Source: a bacterium (GTDB lineage Bacteria > Bacteroidota > Ignavibacteria > UBA10030). From it: a stretch of DNA of 64,000 nucleotides. Below, one piece after another: positions 39,773 through 50,243 of the stretch (position 1 is the first letter of the stretch; the number at the start of each line of letters is the position of its first letter). Both the position numbers and the translations under genes were made by a program. The notes under the pieces are model-generated. The model ran no database searches. It was not told the origin of the DNA and saw only the letters and a list, made by a program, of their open reading frames with translations. Location of the stretch: contig JAZDJN010000087.1 of NCBI GenBank assembly GCA_043803945.1, positions 1 through 64,000 of the forward strand, written 5' to 3'.

Positions 39773-40186
39773 TTATCCTTTTTCTTTTCGCTCGTCGAAT
39801 TTCTTAAGGATGGCATTAACGTGAAGGTTCACTTTTTCTTTGGCTTCGTCTGAGATGCCGCCGTATCCTTTCATTTTCTCTGCTTTGCTATCAACAAGAA
39901 TCATCCAGAGGTGCGCAAGCTTCGATTCGATGATATGCCGCTCATCCATTACGGACTGCTCAAGATGCAATTCCTTGAACATGATCGCATTGAGATGCAG
40001 TAGCTCACGGACAAATTTCAGCAGAGATTCACGCTCAGCCGATGTATAACTTTGATGAACTATCTTTGTGATGTTTTTTGTCGCCGGTTGTTCCAGCAGA
40101 AGCTCGATTTCATGAAGTGACTGCTCTGCCCGCTGAGCTGTCTTTGAAAGACTCCTGCGATAGTTATCAGGAATTTTGTGTTCCAT
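39773..40186 (-). CDS. Hypothetical small helical protein
   Basis: 137-aa ORF downstream of the hybrid kinase, same strand. Confidence 0.6.
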   Translation of the reverse strand: MEHKIPDNYRRSLSKTAQRAEQSLHEIELLLEQPATKNITKIVHQSYTSAERESLLKFVRELLHLNAIMFKELHLEQSVMDERHIIESKLAHLWMILVDSKAEKMKGYGGISDEAKEKVNLHVNAILKKFDERKEKG

Positions 40187-40255
40187 GAGACTTCAGAAAA
40201 ATGAATGAATAAATCAGTGATTTTTGGACCATCCGACCGGAGTTCTCCGCACAAA

Positions 40256-42166
40256 TCAAGAGAGAATTCCCGCCATGCATTTGTTGATTACGTCCAGCAA
40301 TGTTTCTGGCCGGTAAGGCTTTTGGATAAAACCTACGAGGCCGAGTTTTTTAATCTTCTCGCTGATTGATATTTCAGAATATCCGGAGGAAAGAATGACT
40401 TTAACATCTGGTTTGATATTCTTTAGCTTCCTGAATGTCTCCTCGCCGCTCATACCCGGCATAGAGAGATCGAGAACTACCAAACTAATTTGGTCTTTAT
40501 TGGTTTCAAAAATTTTTATCGCGGTATCACCATCGCCGGTTGAAATCGTTTGAACACCCTCATTGGCAAGAATATCACAGGCGACTTCCCGAACGTACTC
40601 TTCATCATCGATCACCATGATACATCCGGGAAGATTTTTAAGATTGATCAAATCATTTGCTGTATGTGTGATGGTTGCACCTCCCGAAGGCAAGGCAACC
40701 CTGAACATGGTGCCTTTCTCCAGTTCACTTTCTACCTGCAATCCCCCCCGATGGCCTTTGATGATCCCAACGACTGCTGAAAGCCCCAATCCTCGCCCAG
40801 TCAATTTGGTGGTAAAGAAAGGATCGAAGATTTTATCCAAAGTGGCTGGTGACATTCCACAGCCATCGTCACGCACTTCGAGAAGGACATAATCACCTGC
40901 ATCGACTTCCAGACCAGTACGCTGCCAGACGAGAGCATCACTTCGGGAGATGGAAATCTGGTCAGTCGCGACAGTAATTGATCCGTTGCGAGAACTTATA
41001 GCCTCTCCGGCATTGATGATCAGGTTCATTATCAATTGCTGCATCTGACTTGCATCTGCTTTAATAACAGGGAGATCTTCCTTAAAGCGAGTAACAATGC
41101 TTACATTTTTTGGAATTGATACTTCGAGGAGATGCAGGTTTTCCTGAATCAACATATTTATTTGCAGAGGTTTAATTTCAAACCTCCCTTTGCCTGAATA
41201 TGCCAGAAGCTGCTGTGTGAGTGAGGAGGCTTTTAATGCAGCATTTTCCGCCTTTTTTATGTAGGAATATGCAGGATGCAGGCAGCCAATTTTTCCCGAT
41301 GTGAGAGAGATCTGACCAAGGATTGCTTGCAGTAAGTTATTGAAGTCGTGAGCAATACCTCCAGCCAATACACCCAGGCTTTCCATCTTTTGCGCCTGCC
41401 GTACAGCTTCCTCAACTCGTTTCCGATCGCTGATGTCACGGACGACACAAATTAATCCGCCGGTCTGAACCTTCGTGAGCGACACTTCCTGAAAGAAAGT
41501 TGATCCATCCTTCTTTCTCCCTGTCGCTTCGCCATGCCACTTTCCATTCTCCCACAGCTTCGGCATGATATCGTGTTGAAAACGCTCCCGTTCCTTTTCC
41601 TCATAAAGGATTTCCCATGACTTGCCGAGAAGTTCTTCCGGTTCGTCGTAGCCATAGATTTTGGCGTGAGCGTCATTGAGATAGCAGTATTGCTCATGGC
41701 TGTCGAGAATTGCCATCCCATCCATTGAAGAGTTCATTGCCGCCGATTGGAGGCGTAACTGTTCCTCTGCGAAGCGCTGGTTCCGGCGAGTCTCCGCATC
41801 GGCAAGTTCTCTGCTGACCGCTCTCCCCAGCCGTTCAGGCTTATTCTTCAGAACATAATTATCCGCTCCTGAGGTGAGCATTTCTACAGCGATGTCTTCT
41901 CCAACACTCCCTGTGACCAGAATAAACGGAATATCCCGTTTATGTTCCTTGAATATCCGTAATGCTTCAGGCCCGGTAAATCGGGGAAGCTGATAGTCCG
42001 AGATGACGAGATCCCATTGCTCTGACAGGAGAGCGTTGCGGAATTGATCGGCCGTTTCGACTCGACGGTACGAAGGAGACCAGCCCTCCTTTCGAAGGGC
42101 TTCGAGGAGGAGGATAGTATCTTCCTCACTATCCTCCACGAAAAGTAACCGGAGTGGTTTTTCCAA
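40256..42166 (-). CDS. Cytoplasmic hybrid histidine kinase (REC-PAS-HisKA-HATPase-REC)
   Basis: LFVEDS/ISDY; PAS; AGGIAHDFNNLL; NLIINA, DDGCGM, FDPFFTTK, GRGLGL; VIDDE/VLDLSMP; TTG start with RBS AGGAAGGA. Confidence 0.92.
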   Translation of the reverse strand: MEKPLRLLFVEDSEEDTILLLEALRKEGWSPSYRRVETADQFRNALLSEQWDLVISDYQLPRFTGPEALRIFKEHKRDIPFILVTGSVGEDIAVEMLTSGADNYVLKNKPERLGRAVSRELADAETRRNQRFAEEQLRLQSAAMNSSMDGMAILDSHEQYCYLNDAHAKIYGYDEPEELLGKSWEILYEEKERERFQHDIMPKLWENGKWHGEATGRKKDGSTFFQEVSLTKVQTGGLICVVRDISDRKRVEEAVRQAQKMESLGVLAGGIAHDFNNLLQAILGQISLTSGKIGCLHPAYSYIKKAENAALKASSLTQQLLAYSGKGRFEIKPLQINMLIQENLHLLEVSIPKNVSIVTRFKEDLPVIKADASQMQQLIMNLIINAGEAISSRNGSITVATDQISISRSDALVWQRTGLEVDAGDYVLLEVRDDGCGMSPATLDKIFDPFFTTKLTGRGLGLSAVVGIIKGHRGGLQVESELEKGTMFRVALPSGGATITHTANDLINLKNLPGCIMVIDDEEYVREVACDILANEGVQTISTGDGDTAIKIFETNKDQISLVVLDLSMPGMSGEETFRKLKNIKPDVKVILSSGYSEISISEKIKKLGLVGFIQKPYRPETLLDVINKCMAGILS

Positions 42167-42185
42167 GTGTTCCTTCCTGAGATTA

Positions 42186-42204
42186 TGTCATAACCGCTAT
42201 GACA
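42186..42204. promoter_or_regulatory. Perfect 7-5-7 palindrome TGTCATA-N5-TATGACA upstream of the hybrid kinase (putative operator)
   Basis: Seen directly, ~20 bp upstream of the TTG start. Confidence 0.45.
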
Positions 42205-42256
42205 ATCTTTTTATAATACATTAAAAATCAGAGGCAAGTTAAAAACATGAATAATC

Positions 42257-42293
42257 AGAAGGCGACCAGGTACCCTATTCCTGGCCGCCTTCT
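42257..42293 (-). terminator. Hairpin terminator after the VPS10 gene
   Basis: AGAAGGCGACCAGG / CCTGGCCGCCTTCT stem. Confidence 0.6.
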
Positions 42294-42329
42294 TTGATCA
42301 CTTCAGCCACCGGTTAAAACGGCTATTCT

Positions 42330-45056
42330 TTAGCGCAGAGACCACTCGTCTTGAAGGATTGCACCCTCGCACATCAAAGTAATTTTTCCAGCACTAAGTG
42401 TAATCGTCACTACGCCTTCTGGCATCGACTCAGAAATGAAGTTTGGATCCACTGAGGACCTTCCCCCAAATTCTCTTCCCCTTCTCGCATTGTCCTGGGC
42501 GGTAGTTTTCTCTTCTTCCGTCCGCGCTCGTACTCTTCGCATATCCCAGGTTACTTTTTGTATGCCAGCTTCTCCCGATCCTTTGATTTCTCTTAAGACG
42601 GTTGAACCTCTCAGGATTGAAATTTTTACTGAGTCTGTGGACTTAGTTTTGAGAAAGTAATAAATCTCCATCGCTTGAGCTTCACTCTTGCCGGGATAAT
42701 TCTGGCTGCTTGATGCCTGATTCAATCCAGTTGCCCATCGAACAAATGGTTTTGGTTCGAAAAGATGAGCATCTTTGGCCATCACGTCAACTGAGAACTC
42801 TTCCAGTATTTTAATATTGGCAATAAAGAAGCCGCGTCCATGGGTTCCGACAATCAGGTCTCCTTCCCTTGGATGAATCTGCAAATCATGAACAGCCTGG
42901 GTCGGCATATTGCCTTTGAAGGACTGCCACTGCTTGCCGCCATCAAGAGAAACGTAAACACCTGCATCAGTTCCAACAAAAAGAAGATTCGGATTCTTCA
43001 CATCTTCCCGAATCACATTGACGGCATAATCCGGAAGATTCGATGCAATCGATGTCCAGGTTTTTCCATAGTCTGTTGTCTTATAAATATATGCTTTAAA
43101 ATCATCATTGCGGAGTCCAGTGAATGAGGCATAAGCGGTCGAGGGAGATGAGTGTGATGCAGCAACACGGCTCACCCAATATCCCTGATTTCCCGGAATG
43201 GCTGTACTCACGTTATTCCATTTCTTGCCGCCATCCGTGGTCACTTGCACATTGCCATCATCCGTGCCGACCCAGAGGATTCTTGCATCAATCGGCGACT
43301 CATCAAATGTCGAGATCGTACAGAATTGAATATTCCCATCCCCACCCTTTCCATTGGTCAGTTTAGTCGTATCATTCGTCGTCAAGTCAGGGCTTGCTTC
43401 CGTCCATGACTCTCCACGATTTGTAGATCTCAGTACAACATTTGCAGCATGATAGACGACATCAGAATTATGCTTTGAGACGAAAATTGGTGCACACCAA
43501 TTATACCGGAGTTTATTATTTCCGCGATACCCGATGTTCTTCGGTTCGCCCGATACCAAATCGACTCTCTGGATTGAACCAAACTGCGATTCATTGTATA
43601 GGTAACGATTGTTCTTTGTATCGAAGGCATTGTACATACCATCACCACCGCCCACAGACGACCAATCTTCGAGACGAATTGGTCCGCCGCCGCGCTTTGT
43701 ACTCGGTCCAAGCAGCGATCCGTTATCCTGTAAACCGGCAGCAACGCGATAAGGGCGCGACATATCATAGCCGATAGAATAAATTTGCGCGAGAGGAAGG
43801 TTATCAGGATGATACCAATTTTTGCCGCAATCGTAGCTCACTCCCATTCCATGGTCAAAGCCGAGGAGGATGTGATTGGAATTTTGCGGATCGATCCAGA
43901 GGCCATGATCGTCACCGCCAAAATTAAATGCACGGGTATTCCAGTTCTTGCCGCCGTCTCTCGTTACCATCGTCGATACACTCAATATGTAGACCACATT
44001 CTCATCATTCGGATCGATTCTGATCTGTCCATAAAAATATGCCGGTGCACCGCCGATACTTCGTCCATCAGGACTTATTTTCTTCCAGGTCTCTCCTTCA
44101 TCATCCGAGTGATAAATCTCTCCGCCGATCATTCCGCTGCTCGATTTTCCCGCCTCTACTTCCTTCTCCCGTTGTTCGAGCGAGACATCTTTCTTATTAC
44201 AATTCTCTACGGTTGTATAGAGTATTTTCGGATTCTTCTGGGACACATCGATGCCTATTCTTCCCAGAACACCAGCAGGTAATCCTCCCGCCAATTTCTT
44301 CCAGGTCTTTCCCGCATCAATCGATTTATAAATACCACTGCCGATTCCTCCAATATTATAGGTCCACGTTTTGCGGAGACGATCGTAGGATGCCGCATAG
44401 AGGATATCGGGATTGCGTGGATCCATGACAACATCCGTTACACCAATTGCTTTGCCTTTCGACTCTACCTTAAGAACAAGGGTCCAGGTTTTTCCCCCGT
44501 CTATCGTTTTAAACAATCCACGTTCGGGATTCTCCGAAAAGAGATGTCCCATCGCCGCGACATAGACAATATCCGGATTTGTAGGATGAATAATAATTCG
44601 CGGGATATGATGTGATTCCTTGAGACCCATGTTGGTCCAGGTTTTACCAGCATCCGTCGATTTGTAGACTCCGTTCCCATAGTACGAGCTGCGTAAATTA
44701 TTTGATTCTCCCGTACCAACCCACAGAATGTTTTGATCTGAAGGAGCTATGGCAACATCACCAATTGAGGGCACACTTTCATAGGCAAAGAGTGGTTCAA
44801 AGGAAATTCCATTATTGGTCGTTTTCCATAATCCACCAGTTGCAGTAGCTGCGTAGAATGTGGTCGATTGCTGATGCGAGACGGCAAAGTCCACAAATCG
44901 CCCGCTCTGGCGTGTCGGACCAATGTCTCGATAGGTGACATTCTTTAAAAATTGTGGATCGAGAGTCTGGGCCACACTCTGCATTGCCCCCGTTAGAATG
45001 ACAATTAGTATGAGTGAGATGAAAATTACACGAACGCTTGCATGACTCGTATTCAT
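42330..45056 (-). CDS. Secreted VPS10/BNR (Asp-box) repeat protein, glycosyl-hydrolase-like
   Basis: Signal peptide; RDIGP..SGR; many S/TxDxGxTW repeats; GGDDH; GTHGRG; RBS AAGGAGG. Confidence 0.85.
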   Translation of the reverse strand: MNTSHASVRVIFISLILIVILTGAMQSVAQTLDPQFLKNVTYRDIGPTRQSGRFVDFAVSHQQSTTFYAATATGGLWKTTNNGISFEPLFAYESVPSIGDVAIAPSDQNILWVGTGESNNLRSSYYGNGVYKSTDAGKTWTNMGLKESHHIPRIIIHPTNPDIVYVAAMGHLFSENPERGLFKTIDGGKTWTLVLKVESKGKAIGVTDVVMDPRNPDILYAASYDRLRKTWTYNIGGIGSGIYKSIDAGKTWKKLAGGLPAGVLGRIGIDVSQKNPKILYTTVENCNKKDVSLEQREKEVEAGKSSSGMIGGEIYHSDDEGETWKKISPDGRSIGGAPAYFYGQIRIDPNDENVVYILSVSTMVTRDGGKNWNTRAFNFGGDDHGLWIDPQNSNHILLGFDHGMGVSYDCGKNWYHPDNLPLAQIYSIGYDMSRPYRVAAGLQDNGSLLGPSTKRGGGPIRLEDWSSVGGGDGMYNAFDTKNNRYLYNESQFGSIQRVDLVSGEPKNIGYRGNNKLRYNWCAPIFVSKHNSDVVYHAANVVLRSTNRGESWTEASPDLTTNDTTKLTNGKGGDGNIQFCTISTFDESPIDARILWVGTDDGNVQVTTDGGKKWNNVSTAIPGNQGYWVSRVAASHSSPSTAYASFTGLRNDDFKAYIYKTTDYGKTWTSIASNLPDYAVNVIREDVKNPNLLFVGTDAGVYVSLDGGKQWQSFKGNMPTQAVHDLQIHPREGDLIVGTHGRGFFIANIKILEEFSVDVMAKDAHLFEPKPFVRWATGLNQASSSQNYPGKSEAQAMEIYYFLKTKSTDSVKISILRGSTVLREIKGSGEAGIQKVTWDMRRVRARTEEEKTTAQDNARRGREFGGRSSVDPNFISESMPEGVVTITLSAGKITLMCEGAILQDEWSLR

Positions 45057-45544
45057 CGTTCCTCCTTCATGAGTTGATGGATTGAGTAAGAAGTTGGTGC
45101 TTTGTTGTAAGTAAGAACCAATAAGCTGGATGGAATAAAAACGGATAAAGATAAAAAAGGTTCTGTCTCATTCAAGTTCAATCGCTCCCCAGAGGAGAGA
45201 GCGAAGGCCTTTCAGGAATATAGGGACCCGGTTGAAAAGTATAGGAAATAATTTAACCACTAAGGACACGAAGGAAGAGCTGTAAAAATGATAAAATTTC
45301 AAATCAATTTAATTTCATTTTATACTTTGTGTTCTTTCCCGCCTGCCGGCAGGCAGGGTGTCCTTCTCAGCCAGAAGCTGATCCGCCAAACAGACGGCGG
45401 ACAGGTGCACCGTTGGCGCAGCGGTTGGACTTTTCGTCCGCGCCTCTAGTAGAGAGGGAACATTCCTATTTTTGAATTTGTTGAAGTTCTTAGTATATTC
45501 AATCAAATTTTTTTGAGGATCTCTCCTCATAATAACTGAACTTT

Positions 45545-46576
45545 ATGACAAAAGTAAAATCGCAAAGCAAGGAAAAAGCAGATTCTCTTCTTGTCGATTT
45601 ACCAAAAGAGACATTACTTGATTGGTATGAAGATATGCTGCTGGGTCGTCGTTTTGAAGAGAAATGTGCGCAATTCTATGGCATGGGTAGAATTATGGGA
45701 TTTTGCCATCTCTACATCGGCCAGGAGGCAGTATCGACGGGAGCCATTCGCGGGACGCTGACAAAGGACGATTATGTCATCACAGCCTATCGTGATCATG
45801 TTCAGGCTATCTCAAAGGGAGTTGATCCAAAGGCGATCCTTGCGGAGCTGCTGGGGAAATATACCGGTACAACAAAAGGTAAGGGCGGGTCGATGCATAT
45901 CTTCGACCGTGAGAAGAATTTCCTTGGTGGTCATGCCATTGTCGGGGGACACTTACCCATCGCTGCCGGTGCAGCATTTGCCAGCAAATACCGCGGTGAG
46001 AAACGGGTTTGTCTTTGTTTCCTCGGTGACGGCGCAACAAACATTGGAACTTTTCATGAGAGCCTGAACCTCGCCAGCCTGTGGAAGATACCCGTCATCT
46101 ATATTATCGAAAATAATCGTTACGGAATGGGAACCTCCGTAACCCGCTCTTCAGCCATCGAAGAATTGCACCAGAAAGCTGTTGCCTACAATATGCGAAA
46201 TGACGTTTGCGATGGCAAAAACGTTCTCGATGTGTATCGTGTTGTGAAAGCGGCCGTCGATCATGCGCGGGAAACCTGCGAACCAAGTTTAATCGAAGCA
46301 CAGACATATCGCTTCCGTGGACATTCGATGTCTGATCCGATCCATGGTCACTACCGGTCCAAAGAAGAAGTTGAAGATTATAAGAAATCCGATCCAATAG
46401 AATCATTTGCAGAACTGCTGAAGAGCAAGGATTTGATCGACGCCCAATACCTGGAAGATGCTGAAAAGCGAGTAAAAATAATCGTTCAAGAGTGCGTGGA
46501 GTTCGCAGAGAATAGCCCGGAGCCTCCACTCGAAGAGCTCTGGCGAGATGTTACCATTGAACCATCCGGAGAATAA
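45545..46576 (+). CDS. pdhA: Pyruvate dehydrogenase E1 alpha subunit
   Basis: GFCHLYIGQEA, GKGGSMH, TPP motif GDGA..ENNRY, YRFRGHSMSDP. Confidence 0.95.
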   Translation: MTKVKSQSKEKADSLLVDLPKETLLDWYEDMLLGRRFEEKCAQFYGMGRIMGFCHLYIGQEAVSTGAIRGTLTKDDYVITAYRDHVQAISKGVDPKAILAELLGKYTGTTKGKGGSMHIFDREKNFLGGHAIVGGHLPIAAGAAFASKYRGEKRVCLCFLGDGATNIGTFHESLNLASLWKIPVIYIIENNRYGMGTSVTRSSAIEELHQKAVAYNMRNDVCDGKNVLDVYRVVKAAVDHARETCEPSLIEAQTYRFRGHSMSDPIHGHYRSKEEVEDYKKSDPIESFAELLKSKDLIDAQYLEDAEKRVKIIVQECVEFAENSPEPPLEELWRDVTIEPSGE

Positions 46577-46579
46577 TGG

Positions 46580-47563
46580 ATGCCAACAGTAAGTTTGCGT
46601 GAAGCCATTAACCAGGCAATCGATGAAGAGATGGCCCGTGATGAGCGAGTGTTTCTCATGGGAGAAGAAGTTGCACAGTACAATGGTGCTTACAAGGTCA
46701 GTCAAGGCCTTCTTGCCAAGTGGGGACCAAAGCGCGTACTTGATACGCCGATTGCTGAGGCAGGATTTGCCGGATTAGGCATCGGTGCAGCGATGGCAGG
46801 CCTGCGGCCCATTGTTGAGTTTATGACCTGGAATTTTTCCCTCGTCGCCTATGATCAAATTGTGAACCATGCCGCCAAGATGCTCTCCATGTCCGGCGGT
46901 CATTTTAATGTACCGATGGTGTTCCGGGGACCCGGCGGTGCCGCCCATGGTCTTGCCGCAACACACTCTCAATCGCTTGAAGCATTGTATGCACATATTC
47001 CCGGTTTAAAAGTTGTGATGCCATCGACATGCAAAGACGCCAAAGGATTATTGAAATCTGCAATCCGGGACGACAATCCGATTGTCTTCATTGAGAGCGA
47101 AGTAATGTATGGAGATAAAGGAGAAATTCCTGAAGGTGAATACACAATTCCAATAGGTGTCGGTGAGGTTAAGCGGGAAGGAACGGATGTGACGATTGTT
47201 TCATGGTCAAAAATTCTTGCCCATGTAGTTTGGAAAGCGGTCGAGCAGTTGGAACAGGATGGAATTAGTGTTGAAGTCATCGATCCTCGCACTATTAAAC
47301 CGATGGATTACGATCTTATTGTCAATTCCGTCAGGAAAACAAACCGCCTGGTGATTGTTGAAGAGGGCTGGCCGTTTGGAGGCGTCGGTGCACAGATTTC
47401 GCACGAAGTTGCTTCCCGTGCATTCGATGATCTTGATTCACCTGTTGTTCGTGTCACACAGCAGGATGTCCCTCTGCCCTATAACCATACACTCGAAAAA
47501 GCATCTCTCCCAAGCATCGAAAATGTGAAACGTGCAGTGAAGAGCGTTTTATACCTCGATTGA
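46580..47563 (+). CDS. pdhB: Pyruvate dehydrogenase E1 beta subunit
   Basis: MGEEVAQYNGAYKVSQGL, DTPIAE, EFMTWNF, HSQ. Confidence 0.95.
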   Translation: MPTVSLREAINQAIDEEMARDERVFLMGEEVAQYNGAYKVSQGLLAKWGPKRVLDTPIAEAGFAGLGIGAAMAGLRPIVEFMTWNFSLVAYDQIVNHAAKMLSMSGGHFNVPMVFRGPGGAAHGLAATHSQSLEALYAHIPGLKVVMPSTCKDAKGLLKSAIRDDNPIVFIESEVMYGDKGEIPEGEYTIPIGVGEVKREGTDVTIVSWSKILAHVVWKAVEQLEQDGISVEVIDPRTIKPMDYDLIVNSVRKTNRLVIVEEGWPFGGVGAQISHEVASRAFDDLDSPVVRVTQQDVPLPYNHTLEKASLPSIENVKRAVKSVLYLD

Positions 47564-47578
47564 GGAAGGACTAGACGC

Positions 47579-48802
47579 ATGGCGACAAAGATTCTAATGC
47601 CCAAGCTGAGCGATACCATGGAGGAAGGTGTAATTCTGAAGTGGCTGAAACAAGAGGGCGAAAAAGTAAAGCAGGGCGAAATTCTCGTTGAAATAGAATC
47701 CGACAAAGCCGACATGGAGCTTGAGGCATATGACTCAGGTGTTCTCAAGAAAATCGTCGTCCAAAATGGCGGCAAAGCTCCTATCGGTGCACTTATCGGC
47801 GTAATTGCTGAAGCTGATGAAGATATTTACTCTCTTCTCAATCAGCAGCCTTCCGCTGGAACCGTAATACATTCCACACCTCCGGCATCCGAAACTGCTG
47901 CACAGACTGTGAGCGGTGTGTTTATACCCGAAGCTGCTTCTGAATCCAGTCGTGTGAAGGCCTCCCCGCTTGCGAAACGGCTGGCTCGTGAAAAGAACAT
48001 CCCCTTGAGTGCATTGCAAGGATCTGGTCCGCATGGAAGAGTTATCAAGCGGGACATTGAACAGTATACTCCCATACCACAGACGAAACCTTCAACTCCT
48101 ATGGCGCCAATACTCTCCGGAGCCACAAAAGAGGTTGAGCTCTCTTCAATTCGGAAAACCATTGCAAAGCGGATGGCCGAGAGCAAAGCAACGGCACCAC
48201 ACTTCTATGTGACCATTGAAGTTGATATGGAACCAGCCATCGCTTTTCGCGAACAGATTAACTCCATCAGCACATCCAAGATCAGCTTCACGGATATCAT
48301 CATTAAGGCATCCGCATTCGCATTGATGCTTCATCCCAACATCAATGCGACTTACGCGGGGAACTCGATGCGGCAGTACGGTTACGCTCATATTGGTGTT
48401 GCCGTCGCTTTGGAAGAGGGTCTTGTCACCCCGATCCTTCGAAATTGTGAACAGAAAAGTATCAGCCAGATTAATGGAGAGTTCAAAGATCTTGTCGGCC
48501 GTGCTCGTTCACGCAAATTAAAACCCGAAGAATACCTTGGTGCAACTTTCACCATCAGTAATCTTGGAATGTTCGGTGTGGAAGATTTTGTTGCGATTAT
48601 CAATCCGCCTGAAGGTGCGATACTCGCTATTGGTGCAATTCTTGAAAAACCCGTTGTGAAGAAGGGACAGTTCGCAATCGGCCACACGATGAAGATTACG
48701 CTCTCTTCTGATCACCGGATTATCGACGGTGTTGTTGCTGCAAAATTCTTGCAAGATCTCAAAAAGCTTTTGGAAAATCCGAACGCTTTGGTTTCATTCT
48801 GA
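47579..48802 (+). CDS. pdhC: Dihydrolipoamide acetyltransferase (E2) with a single lipoyl domain
   Basis: ESDKA lipoyl Lys; ASPLAKRLA E3-binding domain; DHRIIDG catalytic motif. Confidence 0.95.
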   Translation: MATKILMPKLSDTMEEGVILKWLKQEGEKVKQGEILVEIESDKADMELEAYDSGVLKKIVVQNGGKAPIGALIGVIAEADEDIYSLLNQQPSAGTVIHSTPPASETAAQTVSGVFIPEAASESSRVKASPLAKRLAREKNIPLSALQGSGPHGRVIKRDIEQYTPIPQTKPSTPMAPILSGATKEVELSSIRKTIAKRMAESKATAPHFYVTIEVDMEPAIAFREQINSISTSKISFTDIIIKASAFALMLHPNINATYAGNSMRQYGYAHIGVAVALEEGLVTPILRNCEQKSISQINGEFKDLVGRARSRKLKPEEYLGATFTISNLGMFGVEDFVAIINPPEGAILAIGAILEKPVVKKGQFAIGHTMKITLSSDHRIIDGVVAAKFLQDLKKLLENPNALVSF

Positions 48803-48830
48803 GGCGGTCTTTTGTAACGCTCTCAATCCC

Positions 48831-48863
48831 GAACCCGACGCTTGTTGTCGGGTTCTTATTTTA
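48831..48863 (+). terminator. Intrinsic terminator after pdhC
   Basis: GAACCCGAC / GTCGGGTTC stem followed by TTATTTT. Confidence 0.7.
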
Positions 48864-48874
48864 TTCAATCCATA

Positions 48875-49501
48875 ATGTTTGCAAACCTACGAAAACTGTC
48901 CAAAGAGGAATTTACCGGCACGTCGCTTTCATTCACCGCATTTTGCATTGCCCTGAACCTCACCGCCGGACAATTAACAACTGCGTTGAAAATTCCTATG
49001 TATCTGGACTCCATCGGGACAGTGCTTGCGGCGGTCCTCATAGGGCCGCTCTCCGCTATTCTCGCCGGCAGCCTTGCCAATCTCCTCGCTGCAGCCTTCG
49101 GCAATCCATCAAACGTCCTGTTTATTCCAGTGGTTGTCATCATCGGTGCTTTTAGCGGATTTGTTGCACGCCTGGGCTGGTTTAAACATTGGTACCTTGT
49201 GGTGCTTGGCGGCATCCTCCAGGGTATTTTGGCTGCCCTCGCATCGGCACCGATATCGGCATATCTCTTTAGCGGCGTGATGATGTCAGGCATGGATTTT
49301 CTTGTCCTCTATTTTCGAGCGATGGGAAATTCCCTGCTCCAGAGTGTCTTCCTCCAGGGACTCGCATCAGATCCGGTCGATAAACTTGTAACCTACACGA
49401 TTGTGTTTCTCCTCGTACGTAATTTACCGTTTCGGTTAATTTCTCGTTTTCGCGGCGCACGAAATATTCAACCCACACCCCCACTCACCAATGAAACCTG
49501 A
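48875..49501 (+). CDS. ECF transporter S component (QrtT/STY3230-like)
   Basis: IALN..GQL..LKIPMYLDSIGT..GP, GxxxSGMD, DPVDK; start moved to MFANL. Confidence 0.8.
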   Translation: MFANLRKLSKEEFTGTSLSFTAFCIALNLTAGQLTTALKIPMYLDSIGTVLAAVLIGPLSAILAGSLANLLAAAFGNPSNVLFIPVVVIIGAFSGFVARLGWFKHWYLVVLGGILQGILAALASAPISAYLFSGVMMSGMDFLVLYFRAMGNSLLQSVFLQGLASDPVDKLVTYTIVFLLVRNLPFRLISRFRGARNIQPTPPLTNET

Positions 49502-50243
49502 TACTTCAGCAAAATTCTTTTTTACTCTTCTCATCGCCACGTGCGGTTTTCTGTTTCCCTGGTTTGTTAACGGCATTCTTCTTCTCATTCTTATCCTCAT
49601 TCGTTTCACAACAAAGAGTTTTCAACCAGATTCATCTCATCATCACCTCTCCTTTGGAAAACTCCTGCTGACTGCCGCCGGACTCACGGTGTTGATGACC
49701 GTCATCAACGGATTACTTATGAGAAACGGAAGTCCGCTTTTGACAATCGCTGGCATCTCACTCTATGTCGATGGCATCGAGTTCGGGTTGACTACCAGTT
49801 TTCGCCTTATTCTCCTGATGATAGCGCTCTATCTCTTTTTTTCTTCAACATCGATGCCTTCCTTGATCGAGTTTCTCTCGAATCTCGGCGTTCCACGTTC
49901 CATTCTGTTGCTGAGCCTTCTAACATTGCACTGGATAGAAACGCTGCAAGCTCGGATAAAACAGATATTTATTGCACAGGAAGCCCGAGGGGCTGCTGTT
50001 AGGGGATCATTCGTCCGGCGGATATATTGCGTGATTACCTTACTTTCTCCTCTCGTCCTTTCGTCTATTGTTGAAAGCCTCGATCGTGGTGTGGCGCTCG
50101 AGCTGCGAGGCTTTTCACTTGAGAATCAAGGTCCTCGTCAACGAATATCGTTCTTTCAATTACTTTCTCTTGAAGCGCGTGTTTTTTTATCACTGAACCT
50201 CTTCATTCTTTTGCTGTGGATATTCCTATGGCTGCTGCTGTAG
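49491..50243 (+). CDS. ECF transporter T component
   Basis: Multi-TM; two XRG motifs, AQEARG and ALELRGF. Confidence 0.85.
   Translation: MKPDTSAKFFFTLLIATCGFLFPWFVNGILLLILILIRFTTKSFQPDSSHHHLSFGKLLLTAAGLTVLMTVINGLLMRNGSPLLTIAGISLYVDGIEFGLTTSFRLILLMIALYLFFSSTSMPSLIEFLSNLGVPRSILLLSLLTLHWIETLQARIKQIFIAQEARGAAVRGSFVRRIYCVITLLSPLVLSSIVESLDRGVALELRGFSLENQGPRQRISFFQLLSLEARVFLSLNLFILLLWIFLWLLL

Noticed and set aside
45545-48802. Missing E3 (lpdA) in the pdh cluster
   Set aside because: E3 is commonly encoded elsewhere and shared between complexes; not unusual
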